Assembly: GCA_977018835.1 (NCBI GenBank)
Contig: OZ361256.1
Location: 5,332,001 to 5,396,000 of the forward strand
Origin: Minutocellus sp. GHC0000111
Lineage: Eukaryota
Length of the DNA stretch: 64,000 nt
Direction: 5' to 3'
Of the stretch, positions 57,820 to 64,000 are shown piece by piece. The position numbers and the translations under genes were made by a program. Below the pieces are notes generated by a model, which did not search any database, was not told the DNA's origin, and saw only the letters and a list, made by a program, of their open reading frames with translations. The number at the start of each line of letters is the position of its first letter. Position 1 is the stretch's first letter.

Positions 57820-59472
57820 ATGTCGATCTCGGTCTCGGCGGCAGCTCGTGGCAGCAGCGGCGTTAGCGCCGGCGGTCGGTCCACCGCCAGCGTCACCTCC
57901 GCTCGGCGTCCCCGCGCTCCATCCTCATCAGCTCCAGCAACAACAACAACAACCTCGGCGGCGCCCATCATCCCGTACCAATCGCGGCAGCTGGCCAAGG
58001 CCTCCGGGCAGGACGCCACCCTCCGCTCGGCCCTGGCCTTTGTCGTTTTCCGCCGCCGTTTGGCTGCCAAGGCCAAGGCTGCGGCGACGGCAAATGCGAA
58101 CCATGGTGTCGTGGATCTGACCGGCAAAAAGCGGTCTCGTGGCGATGAGAACAGTAAAGCACGTCGCGGCAAAAGCTTGGCGTCGACGCCAGCGATGATG
58201 GTGTCTCCGCTGCCCCGCCGGCCCGTCGTTCCTGACAAGTCCCACGTCAGCCACCTGGTCCGGCTGGCCATCACCACGGCGCTGCCTCTGGGAGATGACA
58301 TCCTCGGCATTGGTGCTGGCTCTGCTACCACCAGCGGCGGACGCCGCGGACCGGTCGTCTACAACCATCAGCTGGCCTCGTCCCGTGGGATCGGCGGTAC
58401 CAGTGCCAGTACCACAGCCGCACCCACAGTCACGGCTCGGCAACTGGCCATCCTGGACGGGCTGCTGACCCACCTGTCGGCCCAGCTGTCCATCGTGGCC
58501 CGCGCGTCGCCGGGGGATGCCCGGACCATCATCCGGAGGGAGTTTCTGGACATACTGCTCGTCAAGGCCGATGCTTTCGAATATCGCAGCACCCGTGGTG
58601 GTAATATTGGTGGTGGTGAACATGGCCGCCTGATGTTTTCGAGCGAGGAGGACGACGATGACTACTACGCGTGTGGTGGTGAAGGCAACGACAGCCCTAC
58701 AGCGGTCAGTGCCCGCCTCCTCCTCGATCGGACGAAGCTGGTCCTGGCCGTATGCACCGTCCTGCACCGTCTGATCGTCTGCGGGGCCGACAGCGAGGCC
58801 ATCCCGGCGGCCATTGTTGGAGCCGCGTCGTCCTATCTGCGACATGTGTACGATGGGTCGTATCCCGATGGATTCGATGTGAGTACCGATGGTGATGGTG
58901 ATAATGATTGTGCGAATGCCAACGGTATCGGTGCTGGCGGACGCAGCAGGAAGAAGGTGAGCTTCCAAGAGGACTATGATGATGAAGACGATGAGGAGGA
59001 TGATGACGAAGACGAGGATGACGAGGATGGGGTCACCACCATCACCGCGCAGGTGATTTCCCTCCCCCGTATCGGCGACACCGTGGCGGTCAATCTACTC
59101 ATCCTCCTCGAGGAGGAGGGTCTGACCACTCACTATCGTTCGTACCATGGCCGTCCTCTGCCGTCCAGCGGCAATCTCATTCTAGGTGCCTTGCGGGGTG
59201 GATTTGGACAAGACCTGACGCTGTCGCCCCCCCTGACGGTCACCAGTGACGCTGCCATGTTCGTCCGTGAGGAGGAGTTGAGAATTGTTGCAGAGATTCG
59301 AAGGAGGAAGAGACGGATGAAGAAGAAGAGAGGAGCGGCTGGTGCCGGTGCTGGTGCTACTGCTATGGGAGCAGGAAGTGACACGGTGAACTATGTACCC
59401 CTGCTGGATCCCGGTGCCAAGCTCATGCTCCGACTGGCCATTTGGGATCTTGTGGAGAAGCTTTCGGTCTAA
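57820..59472 (+). CDS. Hypothetical protein (low complexity, acidic tract, basic NLS-like patches)
   Basis: 550-aa ORF with coding-like composition; no motif recognised. Confidence 0.6.
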   Translation: MSISVSAAARGSSGVSAGGRSTASVTSARRPRAPSSSAPATTTTTSAAPIIPYQSRQLAKASGQDATLRSALAFVVFRRRLAAKAKAAATANANHGVVDLTGKKRSRGDENSKARRGKSLASTPAMMVSPLPRRPVVPDKSHVSHLVRLAITTALPLGDDILGIGAGSATTSGGRRGPVVYNHQLASSRGIGGTSASTTAAPTVTARQLAILDGLLTHLSAQLSIVARASPGDARTIIRREFLDILLVKADAFEYRSTRGGNIGGGEHGRLMFSSEEDDDDYYACGGEGNDSPTAVSARLLLDRTKLVLAVCTVLHRLIVCGADSEAIPAAIVGAASSYLRHVYDGSYPDGFDVSTDGDGDNDCANANGIGAGGRSRKKVSFQEDYDDEDDEEDDDEDEDDEDGVTTITAQVISLPRIGDTVAVNLLILLEEEGLTTHYRSYHGRPLPSSGNLILGALRGGFGQDLTLSPPLTVTSDAAMFVREEELRIVAEIRRRKRRMKKKRGAAGAGAGATAMGAGSDTVNYVPLLDPGAKLMLRLAIWDLVEKLSV

Positions 59473-60042
59473 TGATATTTTCCCTCGTGCTATCGTAGGA
59501 CATTGCGCTGGTGTAGATCTATGATATATACCGGTATAGTAATATATATAAGTGTCTATGGGAAATCTACAGTGGCACCGCACCAATTGAAGTCTGGATA
59601 TAGATCTAGACTCTACAACAATTCGATATTTGATGATGCCTTGCAGGCGAAAGGAGGAGGAGGAGGAGTTACCGCCGGCACGCCCACACGTTCGTCCCAA
59701 CATCAGCCAATTCCTCATCATTCATCACGCTTGTTGCAAGCAAGCTGCGTCTGCGATCCACCAGCCCTATCCTCTTTCATGCGAAATAGGAATGGAATGA
59801 GATCTGTCTGATGATATCATCATCAAAATTGCCACCACGATTCGATTGATTCATTCCATTCGATTCATTCGACCGAGACTTCCAGGGCGAACTCGGGACT
59901 ACATGTAATGTAGAACAGTCGAATGAATCAGATCATTTCTGACTCATCGTGTGCAACGTGTTTTTCCGCCACAGCCATGACGACGACGAACACTCATCGC
60001 ATTCCCTCCACACCATTTCTTCTCTATCCCAATACATCCAAA

Positions 60043-61002
60043 ATGAAGCTCGCAGCGGCAATCCTCCTTCCCATCGTCTCGACGTCGGCATTTCATGCTG
60101 CCGTTCCTCGGACAAACGCCAACAAAGTCCAATTGTCCATGAGTACGACGCTGGCCGACGAAGTAGTGACTGCCGAAGAAGCCACGCCCAAGAGCTACCT
60201 CGACGATGGCTTCGTCTTTGGGTTGGAGGGTTCTGGCATCGAACGGCCCAAGGGCGGCGAGGCCAATGTGGTCGTCGAGGGTGATTCGCTCGAAACGCAG
60301 CCGTATCAGGTTGCCGCCGTCGGCGCCACGTTCCTTGGCCATGCCGCCTTTGCGACCATGGCGATCAGCCAAATGATGAACCTCAACGATGGCAACGCAG
60401 CTCTCACCTCCGTGGAGTCTCTTGCCATTATCGCTTCCAGTTGGGTATTGGCCGATTTGGGATCCGGATTGCTCCACTTTGGGGTCGACAACTACGGCAA
60501 TGGACGCACTCCTGTCATGGGCAGCATCATTGCTGCCTTCCAGGGGCATCACTCGGCGCCATGGACCATCACCTACAGAGGCTTTTGCAACAATGTGTAC
60601 AAATTATGTGTTCCTTTTGGTATTCCCACCATGGCTCTCATCAGTACCCTCGCTGGCTCGGAGCATCCTGGGGTTACTCTCTTCTTCACTGTCTTTTGCG
60701 CTATGGAGATTCTTTCCCAAGAGATGCACAAGTGGAGTCACATGCGAAAGAGTGAGGTGCCCTCCTGGGTCAACTGGCTCCAAGATACAGGATTGTCAAT
60801 TGGTCGCGGGCCGCATGCCCAACATCATCTGGCCCCATATGACGGCAATTATTGCATCATCTCTGGAATTTGCAACGAGCCATTGGACAAGTCGGGCTTC
60901 TTCAGAAGGCTAGAGCACAACGGGGTAGAGAGCAATGCTTGGAAGCTCGACCCGGAGCTTCGAGCGCGGACACTCAGGGGTGAGTACAGGCTGGAGGCAT
61001 AA
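60043..61002 (+). CDS. FAD4: FAD4/TMEM189-family fatty acid desaturase, plastid-targeted
   Basis: ADLGSGLLHFGVDNYG, AFQGHH, HKWSH, HAQHH, YCIISG; presequence ending TSAF. Confidence 0.85.
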   Translation: MKLAAAILLPIVSTSAFHAAVPRTNANKVQLSMSTTLADEVVTAEEATPKSYLDDGFVFGLEGSGIERPKGGEANVVVEGDSLETQPYQVAAVGATFLGHAAFATMAISQMMNLNDGNAALTSVESLAIIASSWVLADLGSGLLHFGVDNYGNGRTPVMGSIIAAFQGHHSAPWTITYRGFCNNVYKLCVPFGIPTMALISTLAGSEHPGVTLFFTVFCAMEILSQEMHKWSHMRKSEVPSWVNWLQDTGLSIGRGPHAQHHLAPYDGNYCIISGICNEPLDKSGFFRRLEHNGVESNAWKLDPELRARTLRGEYRLEA

Positions 61003-61183
61003 GCATGAACAAACGAAATACCTGTAAAATTAATTTTGCCAGCAATTTTATTCATGTTATCAATAGCAATCTATTAATCGATTTTCTCCTGACGAGTTAG
61101 CTCTGTGATTGGTTGTAGCTAGTTAGCTGCATTTTAGTACAGCTCGAACACGCACGTACGGTAGCTAGGTATCCTCTATCAGC

Positions 61184-63471
61184 CTATGAAATGCTCTGGA
61201 AGAAGGAATCGACGCTGGGCTCTCTGCCCAATACTGTTGACAACATGACATTTGGATCCCTTGCGCCGCCATGCCTCAATAGTTCCTTCCAAAGCATCTT
61301 GCCTTCAGTACTTGACAAGGGATTGGCCGAAAAACATTTTTGCCAAATATCTGCAGAAAAAATTGCGAGTACAGGTATCCGTAGTAGCCAGAACCGTACG
61401 TTACCAAGTGACCGAATCTGCTATGCCAATGAGTTCCTGGCGCATAGGGAACCGCGTGATCTTTATGGAGTCTGGCAAATATATCCGTGGTAGAGGTGTG
61501 ACCTGCTTGCGGGCCAAATATTTCTTGGTCGAATCTGGAATAAACAATCTGCGTCTGAACTTCCAAGGCACGGAACGCATTGCGTGAGAAAATCAAGGAT
61601 GAGACTGCCCCTTCGGAAATGTGCTCGCCAGTACTGTAGTGCTTGCCAATGAAATTCAAAAAGGTAGGATCCCACACATAAGATTCAAACAGATGGCTGG
61701 GCGTTTCGATAAAGTCCATCGCAGCCCGGGTACCAGAAAGGTGCTGAAAGACCGTGCGGGAGAGGAGAGAGTGGTGCAAAGCATGGCCGAATTGATGGAA
61801 CAAAGTCTCGACTTCAGAATGCGAGAGCAGACAGGTCGAACCCACGTTGGCATATGCGGGCGAAAGGTTGCAAACAAGAGCAACGATTGGCAGCTGGTAG
61901 TCGTTGGAATTCCTCAACTGGCACCCGCACTTTACGGTGAAGTGGGCTGCATGGGCATACTTGCTTTCTCTAGGATGCAAGTCCAAGTACAATACGCCAA
62001 GCGGCCCTTCCTCTTCATGGGACAGCTGAAAGTTACGTATTGGCTGACCATCGGGGCCGTCCCACCTTTCCTGAGCAGTCAAATCTTGCTCTGCCATTTG
62101 AATGCCAAACAAATCTCTCACGAGGATCTTCATCCCGTCAAGACAATTGTCTACAGTGAAGTACCCTCCAACCTCATTGGCATCTCCACCCTGACCACTA
62201 CTATTCTTCGCCTTCAACGCCCCAGTGTAGAAAGGAACATCCCAGGCTTCAATCGGACCAGAGCCGGCACCCTCGACCTGGCTTTTGGCCAAGCTTAGCA
62301 ATTCCATATCGGCCTTGTACTGACGCTCGCATCCCTTTCCCATTTGGGTCAAGAATTTTGACACGTTCTCAGAATTCTTCGCCATCTTATCTTGCAGAAA
62401 TCTCTCAGCGTACGAAGAAAATCCCAGCATCGTTGCCAGCTTGTGCCGCTGAGCGACGAGCCCATCCAACACATCAAGGTTGTGAGAACAGGCCGTATTG
62501 ACCTCCATGTATATCTCCTTTCGAAGGACGGGATCTGCGGAATACTTCAAGAGCGAATTGGCAATGTGATTGTCCGTCGATACCGTAATCTTGGTGCTGC
62601 CAAATTTGCTGCTTTCCTCGCTCTGTGGCACATGATCCACCAATACGTTGCGGGGGATGACAGCTTCGACTCGATGAGAATCCACATCAAACAATTTCCG
62701 ACTTCCGGTGGTGATGTTCTGGTTGAACATGCCCTCCAATTGTGTGATGTGTCCAATCACTTCACGAACTTTGGCCCGTTCCTCGGCAGGCAGGTGTATG
62801 CCGTCGCGTTCGAATTCATACTGGAGTAGCATGGCCACCCGCTGTTCCTCCTCGGACATTTCAGCAAAGTATGGCCCAGCTGTTACCGTTACCAGGGCCC
62901 GGTACAACGTATCATCACCATTGAGTTCGGCAATGTAGTCGCTCAGAAGGGCAAAGGCGTTGTCGGCTGCCTCGCGCCATTGAGCGGAGCTGTGAGCCGA
63001 CCGACAAAGTTCGGCGGCATCAATGACCGAGCAAACCTCGTTGGATATATCGTCGAGGGTGTGCAGCGTGTCTACTGCGGCTGAGGCGGAGCTGGCGGTC
63101 GATTCGCTCTCGAGGGCCGAGGAAAGCTGGGCACGCAAATGGTTGCAGTTGGATATGGCAGTAGAGGCGAGGGATAAGAAGTCAGATGGCTGATTCAGAC
63201 CGGAGATTGAGAAGAGACCCGGTGAGCTTTTAGATCCCTCCGCGTTACTACTGGGCGGATTGGTCTGAATTGACCTTTTGCTGCTGCCGATGGCGTTGTT
63301 GACACCATTGGATTGTCGATTAGTGGTGGTGGTGGTGGTGATACACCATGATGTGCCGGAGAGAGAGCGTGCAGCAGCACGAACGCCGCCGAATGATATC
63401 GATCTATCAGCTGCAATGAGAGTGGATCGGAGAGAGGATGCCGCTGCTGTGGCGGAGCGGCGGAATGCCAT
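61184..63471 (-). CDS. MIP: Mitochondrial intermediate peptidase (M3A); 1-nt frameshift near 61365
   Basis: ISNEVCSVIDAAELCR, YLDLHPR, AAHFT, ETLFH(Q)FGHA, SGTR, FGHLVTYGSGYYGYL. Confidence 0.88.
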
Positions 63472-63705
63472 CTTGGGGCAGGAGATGAACGAGGAATTGC
63501 AAAATGAGGCGACTTGCAGGCTCTTGCTCTGTCCTTCGTCCGTCCCATCATCACTTTCGAAAGCTTGCCGACAGCTTGCCGAAGGCCCGGAAGATCGGAG
63601 AGGCAGCAGCGAAGCCTCCTCGGCCTCCTCCAGTAGTGACTTTACATAACAAAGCTCCCCAGTTACAGTTGACAGGATAGTCCCCTGATAATTGCACATA
63701 AAAAA

Positions 63706-64000
63706 ATGGTTGAGATTGAAGAAGTATCCGAGCAGCAGCCCAAAGTGCTGTCGCCTTCCTTAGAGCGGGAGGCCGATGCCGATGCCATTGAGAAGGTCAT
63801 CTCGATGGTCGATCGACCCAGTGCCGTGGCCCAGCTCGAGGCGCTGGTCAAGAAGATTCGCAGAGATGCCAGCGCCCTGAAGAGGGTCGAGGAATCCCGT
63901 GCCAAGATGGAGGGCGTTGAGATTACTGGCAGTGGGGAGGCCGCTCCGCCTGCTGCTGCCCCGGTCCCTGCACCTGCTCCAACTCCTGTCGCCGCCGCCG
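63706..64000 (+). CDS. Partial gene, possibly the N-terminus of calcyclin-binding protein (Siah-interacting)
   Basis: Open frame MVEIEEVSE...DRPSAVAQLEALVKKIRR followed by a Pro/Ala linker; runs off the window. Confidence 0.45.
   Translation, partial: MVEIEEVSEQQPKVLSPSLEREADADAIEKVISMVDRPSAVAQLEALVKKIRRDASALKRVEESRAKMEGVEITGSGEAAPPAAAPVPAPAPTPVAAA

Noticed and set aside
1..64000. CRISPR arrays, rRNA and tRNA genes
   Set aside because: No regularly spaced repeats or recognisable structural RNA seen by eye; tRNAscan/Infernal were not run.

Overview
Gene-dense eukaryotic DNA, most likely from a diatom or related stramenopile (bipartite plastid presequences, short GT-AG introns, PSTALRE-type CDK). 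It holds about 22 host genes, including an ABC1 kinase, a Nudix hydrolase, a beta-helix/alpha-carbonic-anhydrase-like fusion, MED10, a RING-H2 ligase, TAF6, PMK, SQD2, PPOX, GPI, GPI8, PDH E1-beta, a 1907-aa SET-cyclin-pseudoCDK fusion, CDKA2, FAD4 and MIP. There are two mobile elements: a 3.7-kb Tc1/mariner-type element (7234-10890) that splits a host gene, and a 7.2-kb tyrosine-recombinase retrotransposon with Ngaro/PAT-type split direct repeats (26689-33853). The strongest signal is regional A>G (T>C) hypermutation at TpA, mostly TAY>TGY on both strands, over about 24.8-32 kb. It is visible directly between paired repeat copies, removes the catalytic tyrosines of the element's RT and recombinase, and appears to spill into a neighbouring host gene. 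This looks like a RIP-like process with the opposite polarity, or else a base-calling artefact caused by a DNA modification. Several small indels in conserved genes suggest an imperfectly polished assembly.
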